From Pelomyxa schiedti (taxonomy: Eukaryota; Protista; Evosea), in assembly GCA_020536535.1 (NCBI GenBank), contig JAHLWZ010000711.1, forward strand, positions 1-64,000: a stretch of 64,000 nt of DNA, given 5' to 3'. The notes beneath the pieces are model-generated. The model was not told the origin of the DNA. It saw nothing but the letters and a program-made list of their open reading frames with translations, and did not search any database. The position numbers and the translations under genes were made by a program. Positions 48,560 through 63,399 of the stretch are shown piece after piece. Positions within the stretch are counted from its first letter, which is position 1. Every line of letters begins with the position of its first letter.

Positions 48560-50591
48560 ATGTCGTCCGCCGATTCCGCAAGCACTACAACCACCACAAC
48601 CACCACTACCCCTGCAGTCAAGCCCGAAGCGCAAGTTCCTTCGCCTTCAGCACCAACTGCGTCTACTCCCGCCACCGTTGGTACGCCGGCTAAAACTGCA
48701 GCGGCAACCGCGACTGCATCCGTGTCTACATCTGCAAGTGCTATCGACGTAAGTGGCAAAGCGTGCACTGCTTTTGCTGTTGATGTGGAGCTCGCCACAA
48801 AGATTAAGGACCAGGTATTCCTTTGTAATCACGTTAACGTAGTCTCTCATCATTACTTTTTACACAATCACATAGGTCGAGTTTTACTTCGGGGACTCCA
48901 ATTTTGCTCTTGACAAGTTCCTCATGACCAAGACTCAAGAGGGTGCCGAGTGGATGGATTTGAGTGTTGTTGCATGCTTCAATAAACTGAAAGATTTGGC
49001 CAGCCAAAGACATTTAGAAATGCTCCCAGTAGAATTGATGGCAGAATTACTTAAAACATCCCAAGTGGTAGAGGTGAAGGAAAAAGCCTACACCAACTTT
49101 TCATTCTAATTCATTGGACAGATTAGTGAAGACCAGAAAAAAATAAAGAGGAGGAACCCTGTTGTGCCTGAGGATGTTCTAAATAAGCGTACTGCTTATG
49201 TGGTAGGCCATCATTCAGTGTTTTGTTCTCCAATTTGACTGTTTCACAGAAAGGCCTTCCAAGAGGGGTGGAACCAGATCTGAAAAAAATCACTGAGAGG
49301 TTATCTGCCTTTGGCAAAGTAAATGCTGTATGGTTACGGAGGTTCAGAAACAAAGTGTTTAAGGTTTACCCTTTTTTCTGCCAAAGAAAATTAATTATTC
49401 CTGCCCAGGGCTCACTTTGTGTTGAATACGATTCCCCTGAAACCATGCAAGCGGCTGTATCGAGGCCCCTAGATTTTGAAGGGCAAAAATTGGAGTTTAT
49501 TCCCAAGTAAACCCACTTCCATCCATTTCTGTATCTCATTGTCACACAGAGAGCTTTGGATAAAGCAGGAAGCAGAGCTAGGTCATCGTGGACCTTTTAC
49601 CCTTATTGAAGCTACCAAATCAGCAACAGAACCAGCACCAACGAAAGATGAGGGTCCACAGAACCGTCATGGCCTGATAGTTGTTGTATCTGGTCTACCT
49701 GCTGTTGTAACAAACGATCAGGAGTTGAAAGTACCCTTTTCTTGTGATTCCTTTTCTTTCCAATAGTAAAACCAATTACAGAACAAATTGAAAGAACTCA
49801 GTGGGAATACCTCTGGATATGTGTCCCAATCAGAGGATGGAGGGGATTTATATGTCCGATTCAAGGATGCGCAAGATGCCACCAAGTTTGTGCAAAATTT
49901 CCATCTCAAGGAACTGCTTGGCAACCCTGTCCAGTGTTCTATAATGGAAGGTAAAGTATAAACAACAGGTAATTTCATTTCCTCACTAACGCGAATCATT
50001 ACAGGTGAGAAAGAGCGCCTTTACTGGGCCAAGGCATGGCCTCACATACAGGGACCAAAGGGAAGAGGCAGAGGACAGGCCAGAGGCGGGAGAGGTCAAA
50101 GAGCAGGAAGAGGGGGGAGAGGAGGAAATCGCGGTGCCGCAAATACTGCTCCAGCATCTACTGCTGCCGCCTCGACTAACGCGACAGATGCAAATACGGA
50201 ACCTGCCCCTGACACAATGGGAACCGAAGCTGAACCTCAGGAAGGACCAGCCCGAGGAAGAGGCAAAGGGCAGAACAGAGGTAGGGGACAAAGGGGAGGC
50301 CGCGGTGGACGCGGTGGCAGAGGGGGCCGAGGAAGGGGCAGAGGAGGTAGAGGCGGAGCGGACAATGTGGAGCCGAGCATCGCGGAGGAGTCTAATACCA
50401 CTACTCCTACCGCAGCATCTACAACCACTTCCACCACAACATCAACAACCGCCACCGCAACCCCGGCACCAGCACCCCCCAAGGAGAATGTTGAACAAAC
50501 CCTCCCAGTGAAGAGAGAAGCCGAACCAATCAAGGCAGAGACAGAAGCCAAGAAACCAAGAACTGATGACGGAACAGAAAAGAAGGACTAA
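48560..50591 (+). CDS. SSB: La protein homolog (La motif, RRM1, RRM2, RGG-rich tail)
   Basis: KIKDQ|VEFYFGDSN...DKFL; VVACFNKLK; SEDQKKIKR; RRM FK|GSLCVEY; second RRM-like segment ending ERLYWAKA; GRGRGQ/GGRGG repeats. Confidence 0.85.
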
Positions 50592-50680
50592 GAAGCCTTT
50601 TTGTTCTTTGACAAAGAAATAAAATGCTGTTGCAAAATTTTTCATAAAAATAAACACTTTTGTAGCCAAACACAGGTTTT

Positions 50681-51914
50681 TTAAGTGTTTGTGTGATATA
50701 CGGCCATTTCTGTGGCAGCCGTGTTGTGCTTGTATAGCTTCATGGCAACAAAGAACACTGCAACAGATAGCAACGCAAAGCCACCAATTGTACAGCCGAG
50801 ACCTATCCACAAATTTGTCCCTGGGTTTGATTACTGTAGTGCATGTGAAATGTTTTTCTCGCACCACTGTAGCAGTTTCCGTCATCATTATCACACTCAG
50901 GTACATTACATTCTTCGTCGCAGTGATAGTTCCACAACATATCGTCAGTGCATCCAGGTGCGCATTCAACTGAAAGTTTGGGAGAAAAAAATGGTACGAA
51001 AGAAAAACCGTACGGCAAGCATCGAAGTCATAGTTACACGCGAATGTGTCACAATCATAATCACAATAACCGTCCCCTATCCAGGTGTCGTCGCAAGACC
51101 AGTCTTTGCCACATTCTAAAAGAAAATTAACCAATGCCGCAGTTCACTTGGTGAAACCGCAGTCAGGCAAGTCATATGTACACTCAGGAACATAACAGTA
51201 ACTATCACACCATCCATCTCCGATTCCTGCTTTACATTCCGTGCTGCAACCTAACACAGGAGCCCCAGTAAATACACCAGTTAAAGTAAAGCGGACATAC
51301 AGTCATTCCCATCGTAGTCGCACTCGGGGGTAAGGCACTGCGAATCACATATACCGTTCCCGATTAGCGAGGAATCACATAGGCAAGCTAGATATTTGAA
51401 GGGTTACTCCTTCGTTTACAACGGAAACATGAGAGAGCATACTGTTACAATCGTCCCCGTCATACTGGCAATCCGCCGAGTACATACACCAAAAATCACA
51501 CACAGAGTTATTGACCCAGCTACTTAGACACCAATAGTCGCAAGTTGACAAGTGGCCTGGAATTTAAGGTTTTTTTCTCCCATTATCTGTCAACAAAAAA
51601 AAAATCATGCAGAGCAAAGCGCCAATATAGTCCATAAGGGTAATAGTACATACATTCACCATTGTCCCAGTTGCATTCTTCGTTGAAGCAACTTTCGTCG
51701 CACATCCAAGTGTTGTCATAGCATGAACACTGTCCATGCACTACAACGTATTCCAATGATGGGAGAGAAATATGGGTCAGTTGGGGCCATCCCCTTTTTG
51801 GTATGTAATCCCACAATGACAACACACTGACATTCATTCCCCACCATTGTTCACCAGCAGCAGCACAAGGAAAACAGCTGCCCCAAACAACAAACCCCGC
51901 GACGTTGTTTCCAT
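50681..51914 (-). CDS. Type I membrane protein with about six LNR (Notch/Lin-12) repeats
   Basis: Signal peptide METTSRGLLFGAAVFLVLLLV; repeats such as IGNGICDSQCLTPECDYDGNDC, IGDGWCDSYCYVPECTYDLPDC, WIGDGYCDYDCDTFACNYDFDAC; spliced last exon GLGCTIGGFALLSVAVFFVAMKLYK (TM) plus a short tail. Confidence 0.85.
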
Positions 51915-52000
51915 CTCCGCCGGTTTTTCTTTTTTCCGCTATTAATATTTTCTTGATCAAGTTCCATTCGGCGAACAATCATCTACACCAACACGGACGC
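51915..52000. promoter_or_regulatory. Very short divergent intergenic region (86 bp between ATGs)
   Basis: The LNR gene ATG at 51914 (-) and the ankyrin gene's first ATG at 52001 (+) face away from each other. Confidence 0.45.
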
Positions 52001-55000
52001 ATGTTGCACTCGTGGTGGAATGCCATCATTGGTGCCCTCGGAAAGGCCACCAAAGACCTCCACGACGCCGCGGCCCACGGCGACGCGGCCCAGGTGCGCA
52101 AGCTGCTCCGCTCGCTGGCCGACAGCGGCGACCCCAAGGGGCAGCGCGCGGCCGTGAACGCCTTGGCCCCCAGCGGCGCCCCGGACGCCCACACGCCCCT
52201 CTGGGCCGCCTCCGCCGCCGGCCACGCCGACGCCGTCGCCGCCCTCCTGGAGTGCGCGGCCGTCGACCCGGCGCTCCCGCAGTCCGGCACGGGCGAGACC
52301 CCCCTCTACGCCGCGAGCCGCCGCGGCCACGAGGCCGTGGTGGCCGCCTTCGCCGCGGCGCTGGGCGACGCCGCCGCGGACGCGGACGCGGGCGCCGCCG
52401 CCGCCCTGTGGAACGCCGCGCGGCCCGGCGACGGCGACACCCCGCTGTGCGCGGCCAGCGAGCTCGGGCACCTCGGCGTCGCGCGGCGCCTGGCCGCCGT
52501 CTGCTGGACCGACCCGAACCTGCCGCGCGGGGGCACCGGCGCCACCCCGCTGCTCCTGGCGGCCACCGGCGGGCACGCGGAGCTCGTGGGGGTGCTGGTG
52601 GGGGCGGGGGCCAAGCCGGACCTGGACCTGGGCTCGAGCCGGCTGGAGTGCGCCACCCCGCTGTTTGTGGCCAGCAGGAGCGGGTGTGTGGATATTGTCA
52701 GGACGCTGGTCACGGAGGCCAAGGCCGATGTGAATAAGTGCAGGGCCGACGATGGGCGCTCCCCGCTGTTCGTGGCCAGCCAGTTCGGACATGCTGGGGT
52801 TGTGGAAGTTCTCATTTCTCAGGGACACCCTGATGTTAATAAGGCCACCCGGAAAGATGGGCGCACGCCCGTCTTGGTTGCAAGCGAGTTTGGATTCTCT
52901 TCCGTTGTTGACTTGCTCATCTGTAAAGGCCGCTGTGATGTGAACCAGGCAGCAAATGATGGGTCAACTCCACTGATGGCTGCCAGTGGGCACGGGCATA
53001 CCGAGGTGGTGGAACTATTGATTAAGAAAGGCCACGCCGATGTGAACAAAGCCAAATCTGGCGATGGTTGCACTGCCCTGTTAATGGCAAGCGAGAATGG
53101 ACATGCAGCTGTCGTTAGGGTTCTCATTTCCGAAGGGCACGCCAATGTAAACACTCCTACTAAGAAAACTCCGCTATGGGCGGCTTGTCAGAATGGACAC
53201 GCTAACGTTGTGGATGTTCTCATAACAGAAGGGCACGCTGATGTTAGCATTTCATCGAACAGCTCAACTCCTTTGTTTGTTGCATGCCTCCATGGACACG
53301 TCGTCGTTTCAGACATCCTCATCACCAAAGGACATGCTGATCCGAACGAACTTTGTGCGGTTACTAGTCAGACTCCTCTGCATATTGCTTGTGAAAAGGG
53401 TCATGAAAAAGTGGTCGAACTTCTCATCAAAAAAGAAAATGTTGATATCAACAAGCCAAGGGGAGATAATGGGGTGACCCCATTGCAAGTTGCCAGTGCA
53501 GGAGGACATACCACTGTTGTACAGAAATTGATTTGTGCTGGTGTTTCTATCCCTCAAAATCCAAGTAAAATCTTCACGGAACAGTCTTCTCTTTTGCTGA
53601 AAGCCTTTTGGAAAAGTAGTTCCCGTGATATTTTGGTCATCTCCAAACAGTCTCCCCCCGAGGAAAAGGGAACCAGCTCCTCTCTCCATTCGTTGAACGA
53701 AGATGAAATGCAACTAATAAGGGATATAGTTGGAACTGAACTCTTTACTTCTTGTGGGGATATCACGAAACGCCAAGCTACTGCTCCAAGGATTGTCAGA
53801 ACACTGGTCTCTTTTTTACGATATTTCTTTTCTCACTTTTCATAGGATTCTGCTTGTTACGTATGGGCCCGTGTGATGAAGAGGCCATCCAAACGACTTC
53901 ATGCCCTCCACTTAAGCTGTGGAATACTGAAATCCTGGCTTGCCAACTGTATTTCTCACTGCAACGAACTGAAGGACGCTGTGGAAACTCATTTAACCAC
54001 AAGCAATTCGATAGTGGCCACTCATTTGGAAGCTTCTAGCAAGGTTAAAAATTTGCAGATAGACCTGGAGGAGTGTGAACACGAGTTACAACCTTCTCAC
54101 CCTGAGATTGCAAGTGTGAAACTAGCATTTGAACAAGCAAGAGCACACTCACAGGTACTATGGTGGTTTACAAAAGAAAAAGAGGTGGTACAGAGAGAAT
54201 TGGTTGCACAAAACACCAAGTTCAGTAGGCTTTGGGAAGTAGTATCAAATAAAACTCTGAGGGGTCTTACAGAAGAAGAAGTTGCCGATCTGCTCATTCC
54301 TGAAATTTATTACATTTCACTAAGCCCTGGTGATAGCAGCGCTGATACCAGTCCTTCTACTCAACCTTCTGCAATTACTGCTTCCTCATTGGAAGATTCT
54401 TGGCAACAGGATGTGCGAGACCAGTTCATACAAAACCACATAAATGGAGAGGCCCTTGAACAACTTACAAATGACGACATGCTGGAACTTCATATGAACA
54501 ACTTGCTGCACAGGAAGGCCTTATGTCACCTCGTGGAGAATGTGCACAGTTTCGGGACCATGCACCCCTGGCAATCATCTGAACCAGCGGTAATAGAAGC
54601 ACCGGCATCCGCACTGCAATGGACTGAAAACCAAGTTGCTCAGTGGCTTTTAAAAGAAGGATTTGATCAAGTCACACTTGCAGGAACGACCAAATCGCCC
54701 CTGGTCATACCTGGTTGGGCATTTGTTCACCTTACCCACCCTGACCTTAGGGCTCTTGGCCTGACCATCGGCGATGCCAGGCGTCTTTCAACCAAAATTG
54801 CGCTCCTCAAATCGGCGTGTTTCACCACAAGTACTACTGTCACCCAGAAACCACCTCTACAAGAAAAAACACTCACCAGCCACATTTTTCTGGAAGCTAT
54901 TTGTGCAACAACCTGGAAGCGACTGAACGACGAGTATGATGACTTTGTTGACGAGACTCTGGCCAAGCCTGGGGCTACGCAAGGACTTCCACAAACTAGT

Positions 55001-56289
55001 TCCAATTCAGCAACGCTGGCGCCGGAGTCAGTTGAAATACTGGATGAAGCCTGGAAAAAGTCTTTGAACTCTAATATTTATAATATTGTTACTGAGAGGC
55101 AACAGCATTTCAGTGTCAGAGAAAATGAAGACCCACCTTGTGATTTGATTGCCATGAAAACAGTTTGTATTTCTCCCTCTAGCCAATTTTTAATCGTTTT
55201 ATCAGAGGGAAATACATTGCCGGTATCCAACAGGAAGACCGGCAATGCTATCTTGGACATTACAACTCATGACCAAGATAACTGAAGAACTCAATGGCGT
55301 TTGTCTTCTTTCTATTTCATCGGTATTGAGAAATGTGGCCGCTGCACATGAGGCATCAATAAGAGAGGAAAACACCAAGAAAAAAGCAGCTGCCACTAAA
55401 GTGCAGCTTCAAACTGCCCTTGAGGAACTGGAACTTTCTGAAAACCTGTTGGCACAGTCAGAAGAGGTTCTCTGTCAGTCGATTGCACAATCTCGCGCTG
55501 AGAGGGAGTTGTTGACCTGGATTTCTTTGGAAAAGAATGACATACAACGGAATCTTGACGCTACTCAACAATCTCTCACAAGGATGGCCATCCAATTTGC
55601 AAAGAAGTCATTTGCCGGACTATCTGCCCTTGATATATCCACTATTATAATCCCTGAACTTGACCTGTTTTCTGCCACCCCTAGTGAGCAGGGTATCAAA
55701 TAATACACAAATAATTATCCCTCTTTTACTCAATGTCCTTTTCACAGGTACTTCCACTGAAGCCAGAGAGAAACTGTTTTGTGATTCCATTGTTAAAAAC
55801 CTTGTCAATGGCCAAGTCCTCGATTGCCTGCCTGATGACGAGGTTCTGTCCCAGCTTGGACTTACCGGCTTGATTCCCCGCAAGTCCCTGCACCACTTCA
55901 TCAGATGTGTACACAGCTTCGGTGTACCCAAAAGACCGCAAAATGCACAAGCCAAAGCCAAAGCCTCCACTGTGTGCACATGGGACCCAGATAAAGTTCA
56001 CTCATGGCTCCAACACGAAATATCATCCATTACTTCCTCAAACAGCACGCCAGGCACTTCTGCATCACCAACAATCATACCTGGATCCACTGCACACATT
56101 TCCACACCTGCAAGCACAAGCACAAGCAGTGACATTCCTGGGTGGGTTCTGATTCACCTCAACGCAAGGGACCTCATGCATATGTTTCCCTCCTTGCCTC
56201 TGGGTGTTGTTTGCAGGCTAGCAAATTCCATTTCCCTCCTATGTGACAGTGTCTTTACCATCCCAGCACCAAGTACACACAAGCATTGA
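52001..56289 (+). CDS. Ankyrin-repeat / coiled-coil / SAM-domain protein (four exons)
   Basis: About 14 ankyrin repeats (TPLW.A...GH...V..LL). In-frame introns 53795-53845, 55163-55205 and 55693-55747 join the four ORFs. SAM-like segments: FIQNHINGEALEQLTNDDMLEL, WTENQVAQWL...DLRALGLTIGDARRL, VNGQVLDCLPDDEVLSQLGL, WDPDKVHSWL...LPLGVVCRL. Confidence 0.8.
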
Positions 56290-56462
56290 AGTTGGGGAAT
56301 TCGGACACAGATGCAACGTAGCTTTGGCAACCACACAGGGCGGTAAGGATATCCATGAGACGTCGTATTATTACCTACAAATAAAAGATGGTGTTGTACA
56401 GGAAGAAGTAATTTACCCTTAGCTGGGGGAAAAAAAAACGAATAAAAAAAAAAAACATCCAG

Positions 56463-57491
56463 ATGGCGGACGACGATGAGGAACAACCACCAGCTCGGCA
56501 GCTGCCTGCCAAGCGACCTCGTGTGCCATTTAATAGATGAACAAAGAGCGCCTTAACAACACCAAAACCAGGGACTGCTGTCGTTTCGGCCGCCGCGAGT
56601 GTGGGTTCCACGAGATTCTCGTGTGTTGCGCTCGACGTGGCCATGCCGCCACACGTCCTAGATCAGATCGTCTCGTTCGTCATGTTGCGTCCTCACGCCG
56701 GGCTCTGCAACTTCTCGCAGTGCTCGCGCTCGTGCCTCGCTGCGTGCGAGAGGTCGTGCCTCGTCTTTCGCGTGAGGGCTATGTGCAGGGCCGGAAACGT
56801 AGCAATTCCGCCCAACCCTCTGCCTGGAAGCGACGAGATTCTGCGGGAAGTGGGGGTCCGTGTGGGCGAGAGGAAGTCCCTGCTGAGGTTTCTGAAGCGT
56901 GATGTGGAGGATAAGGAGTGGCAAATGGTGGTGGCTGGTGCCAAGCCGATGCCTCTCGGGGAGGATTTCCGGCTGTTTAAAAGATTCGTAGGGGATCATT
57001 CTCGACTCGAGGCGTTTAATCCAAGGGTAAGGCACGTAAACCATGTGCACCACCGGAAGAACCTGTCAGATAATGAATTCAAGCTTCACTGCTTTGGAGC
57101 GATTTGGTTTTACTCTCCAGACCACAGCAAGAAAGCGTTTATCTTCTGCAATGGGCAAGTCAAGGACCAGTATGATGAGCGGGAAGAAAACCGCCAGATT
57201 GGATTCTGCTGTGTGGATGCTGCTGCGCCAACACCACCAGCTCCTCCACATAGACTACTCAAGTCGGATGCCCCTCTTTCTGCTCCCTGGATACCTTTGG
57301 CTGAAGGATCCGCCGAAGAGTGGGACCCATGGCGAGACTATGGGCCTCTGTTTGGGTCAACAACAACCAAGACCTTCCGACAACTGATGGAACGCATAGA
57401 CTGGCAATTACCTAGGGATGAAGAACAGCTTTATGAATACCTGTGGGCCATTGTGGCCTTGTGCGGTTGCAGGCCTCACTTTCAATGGTAA
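56463..57491 (+). CDS. F-box-like protein (one intron 56521-56571)
   Basis: MADDDEEQPPARQLPAKRPR splices in frame to ...MPPHVLDQIVSFV...LCNFSQCSRSCLAAC (F-box-like pattern); the C-terminal domain is unrecognised. Confidence 0.6.
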
Positions 57492-57562
57492 CTGAACCAG
57501 AGCGCCACAACTAGAATGGAAGTTCTTTCAAAAAAAACCATAAAGACTCTCTTTCTTTGGAT

Positions 57563-60500
57563 TTAGGCATAGGTGTCGCGAAGGGAACGGACAGAGAGGG
57601 AGGAGTAGAAGCTGTTGGCGTCGGACATGGCTTCCTTGGAGTGGAATTGAAGAGTGAGGGGGGTGAAGGGCTGCAGGAGGAACCCGTTGCTGAGCCAGTG
57701 GCCAGACAGAGTGCTCTGCATAAACACAAACGGGGCCATGGCATCTGACTCCAGGGTTATGAGGGCATCAGTACCTGAGGGCAGGACGACGGGGTCGGTG
57801 AGGGTGATTGTTGCTTTTGGCAGTGTGACTGCACTTAAAGAGCTGGGGTAAAAGATGTTGCTGGAGAGCACGTTGGTGGCGTTGTATGCATCGTTGAGAG
57901 TCATAAGGAAAACGCCGTCGTTGCGGTTAGCTTAGCTACCGGTTAGTTGCTCATCTCAAAAAGAAAGCCTCTACCAGTTATCTCTGAAATGACGAGTTTC
58001 AAAGCAAGAATACTGGATATACCGTCCACTGCAACTACGGAGGATGTGTAGCTGAATTTAAGGCTGCCATCTGACCAGCTATTTTCCGTGAGCAAAAACA
58101 TATGTTGCAATTGTATACTTACGAAAGGAAGGATACAGTGACAGTCCCTGAAACTGTATACTAAAAGGAAATTGAGTGAAAGAGGATCTCGGAGACAATT
58201 TGCGACCTGGTTGTCGTTCACAATGAAGATGTTCAATTGATCATCAGGATCCTCATAGGGCGACACTAGTAGTGGGGCAAAGAAGTCCTTTGCATAGTTA
58301 TGCAAGAGCTTCCACCGTCCACCATATTCTGTGCATCGCTATGAGGGCGAATATATAACGTAAAAGGAGTGAACCTATTGACGACCAGGTTGGACCTTGC
58401 CAGATATCGTTCAGTTGCCAATACAATGCTCCCATCGTATGTGCTGGTGACACACTCTAAGAGTCATGTTATGTTTATTTTTATCTGGAGTATTGACTTG
58501 ATAACGTCGATATGTTTCAGTCTCGGACTTTATGCACACTGCTTGAACGACTAACAGGATACTTGGAAAAAATAAAGTTGATGATTGCATGTACCCTGTG
58601 AAACGTAGCAGAAATCAGCAAATTGGGTAACGCTGTCACTGTTCTCTGGATATTTGAAATGGAGCTCCATTAATGCACGGATTTGGTCATTTCCACCTGC
58701 ATGATGTTGTCTATGATTCATCAAATCCGAGCTGAAAAAAACTGGTTTTAGCGAGAGTGGGGTTGTGGAAGTACAACTATAAATTGAGGTCCGAAGTTTC
58801 TGTTACAGGTAGCCATGTGTTAATCGATGGATAGCTTTGATACCCATATTCCTTATGAAGGTTATGTAGGAAGAGAAGGACAAAAAGACTACTGAAGCGA
58901 AACGGGGTTTGGGGAAGATGTTTATATCCCAACAATCAGACTGTAGTTGGTCAATGATTGATACTTGTATTGTTTACATACAGTATAGTCATAGAAGTGA
59001 ACGTCACCGTAAATTTCAGACTGAACATTGCCCCTGGTTTTCATAGTCTAGGCGAGAAAAATAGCAAAATAAACTTACCATCTACCAACATACAGCTCTG
59101 ATGTATCTACAAGTGCGCCATTACTTGGGCTACTTGGGACAAAAGGTCTCCTGTTGTTCCCATTAAACAGTAGCAAGATTGAAGGAAAAGGGTACCACGC
59201 GTCTTCCGAAGACAACAGAGGTTGTATGGTATTCAGATACAACTCACTGGGTAGATAAGAGTGTTGTAAAATCAAATGCAAGTTACCTGTAGTCAACAGT
59301 ATACAACTGAGGGTTTTCAACCGTCTCCGAGTACCAGTTGAGTGCACCTTCGTTTTCATTGTTTGCACTCCAAATTATGATAGACGGATGTGACATTGTG
59401 CGGCGCACCTATAGGCGTTAAGTTTCATCAAATATAAAGTGATTTGGAAACCTGGTACTTCACTTCAGCAACAACATTTTCCAAGAAAGTGATATCTCGG
59501 GGGTACATTGCACAGGCAAACATTATCTTGTGAATTTTCATTTTAGACTGATTGGGAGTTTAATTGAGACAACATCTTCCCAAATCATGAGACCGTATTC
59601 GTCAGCAAGATCATAAAATAGATCGGACTGATAGACACCTCCACCCCAGTTCCTTTTTAGTGTGAAAACAGGTTACATGAGATAAGGGAGGCACCTTAGC
59701 ATATTCATGTTGGCTTCAACGGCGCCTGAAAGTAAGTCTTCCAGAACATCCTCTGTCTATGAGAACTCAGATAATAACATGAAAAACTGTGTACATACGG
59801 CGCGATTTTCAAAGCTGTCGGCAGGGATCCAGTTGGATCCCTTAGAAAATACAGGGACATTGTTAACCTTTATATAAAAGGATAAACCCTCTTCACCAGT
59901 TATTTCTTCTTGGATCTGAAAATGATTTCACCACCAATAAAACTGGATGAAAAGTACCAGCTCCAACTTTCGGAAGCCAATATTTCGTTGAAGCGATGAT
60001 GTTTCACCTTTAGTGCTGGTAAATGTAGCCTTGTACATGAGTTAATTATGTGATGGCATCGAGCAGCTGCAAACCTTGACAGAATACAGCTCTCTTGTGT
60101 TGGGGGAAACTCCATTGGGCCACCACAGTGAGGGATTTGTTGCTGTAAGTTCTATTGAAACTAAATTTTCTCCCTGAGGAGTTTCTGAGTTACTGAGAAA
60201 GGGAAGTGAGTGCATACCGCGGTAAGAGTTACAGATTTTGATGAAGTTAATTTGAGACTGTCAATTGCTACTGTTACAGTGCCTGTAACGGATCCACTGG
60301 AAATAATAAATACACGACCCTACAAACTATAAATTTTCCCTGAAACCATATTTGAGTAATTACTGTGACAGTCCAGGTTGATAAGCCAGATTTTGGAGTT
60401 ACTCCAACAGAGAACTCCGAGACCATTGCCTCAGAGTACGCAACAATGCGAATAGATTGCCTGAGTGTCTTAATTTAAAAAATTGACAGATTATGCTGCT

Positions 60501-61327
60501 GCTGACCATATTCCCTCTGGGATAAAGCAGGGCCCCCAGTCCCAAGAAAAGCTACACTGTTCTTTGCGAATGAAATTTCGGTGATCCTCACCATTTTGGC
60601 AAGGGTCATCTGAACTGGGGACAGTGTATGGGTATGCTGCAGCCTTAAAGAATTAGAAATCTCCTTCAGAAGAGATGTTCTACTTGCTCATCAGCATAGG
60701 TAGCAGCAGATTGGAATGCCAATTGTAGGCTATTTGTGCCAGATTTCACTACCGAAGTTATGTCAAATGTATATCTGAAAGTGGGTAGTTTTCAGACGAT
60801 TGAAAGAACTTAAACCTGCGAAACATGTTGTTAGCAGTTCCAAGAGTTACTCCGTTCAATATCACGGATGCTGCTGTATCAAGCCCGTCGCAAACAAGCA
60901 ATACCTGGGTAATAAAAGGTCACCCTTACGCAGTAGCAAGTCTCAATCCAACCTTCTTATAGGAGAGCAAGGTGGTGGTGGCAGTGAAGGTCCTGCTATA
61001 CGTCCATTCGCTAAGACCAACCCATCTGTAGTCAACATCACCATATCGGTAATACGGGTCCTAGTGTGCTTTAAGAAAAAAAAAAAAGTGTATCCAAAAT
61101 ACTTCAATAACACCCGCGTTGATAAGGTCAGTATGAACCACCCCAGGAACAGTAGCCTGGTAGCTGGGACTGGTAATCGTGAGTGAGAAAACTAAAAAAA
61201 AAAAAAAAGAGGACCTGGTGGAGTTCTTCACGGTCCATGAGCTACCACCCAAATCCATTTCATAAGGAGGCGCGCATAGCACAATACACGCGGCCAACAA
61301 AACTACTACCGCTGTCCTAACCACCAT
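57563..61327 (-). CDS. MANBA: Beta-mannosidase (glycoside hydrolase family 2), secreted/lysosomal
   Basis: Signal peptide; [11 protein letters not shown]; VCDGLDTAA; [15 protein letters not shown]; ANMNMLRV; [23 protein letters not shown]; [14 protein letters not shown]; FFAPLLVS. Confidence 0.93.
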
Positions 61328-61479
61328 CCCTTGATGGGTTTTTTTTAATTTTATGTTATTTCTTTTCTACCCATCTCCTAACGAGCAGCGCTTGTTTGAT
61401 TGAACGAGAAAATTGAAGAAAAGGGTTTTTTTTAAAATACTTAGATAAGGTAAGAAAGGTTTAGTGGGGTGTAAGCCAA

Positions 61480-63327
<1,848 letters not shown>

Positions 63328-63399
63328 TTATTTTTTTAAAGTGATTTTTCTTTCGCTTTTTCGCTTTTAAGGAAAACTCACTCGCCAATTGGTTTCTAA

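Noticed and set aside
50442-51134. 230-aa ORF read as one protein overlapping the La 3' end
   Set aside because: It strings together LNR exons, introns and antisense La sequence; the spliced LNR gene stops at 50681.
51979-52828. Very GC-rich block with several overlapping ORFs, resembling bacterial contamination or recent HGT
   Set aside because: It is continuous and in frame with the AT-richer remainder of an intron-containing gene, and the same 5' GC bias recurs in many genes.
53873-56289. Apparent frameshifted pseudogene (three offset ORFs)
   Set aside because: Each offset is resolved by a 43-55 nt GT-AG intron in the correct phase.
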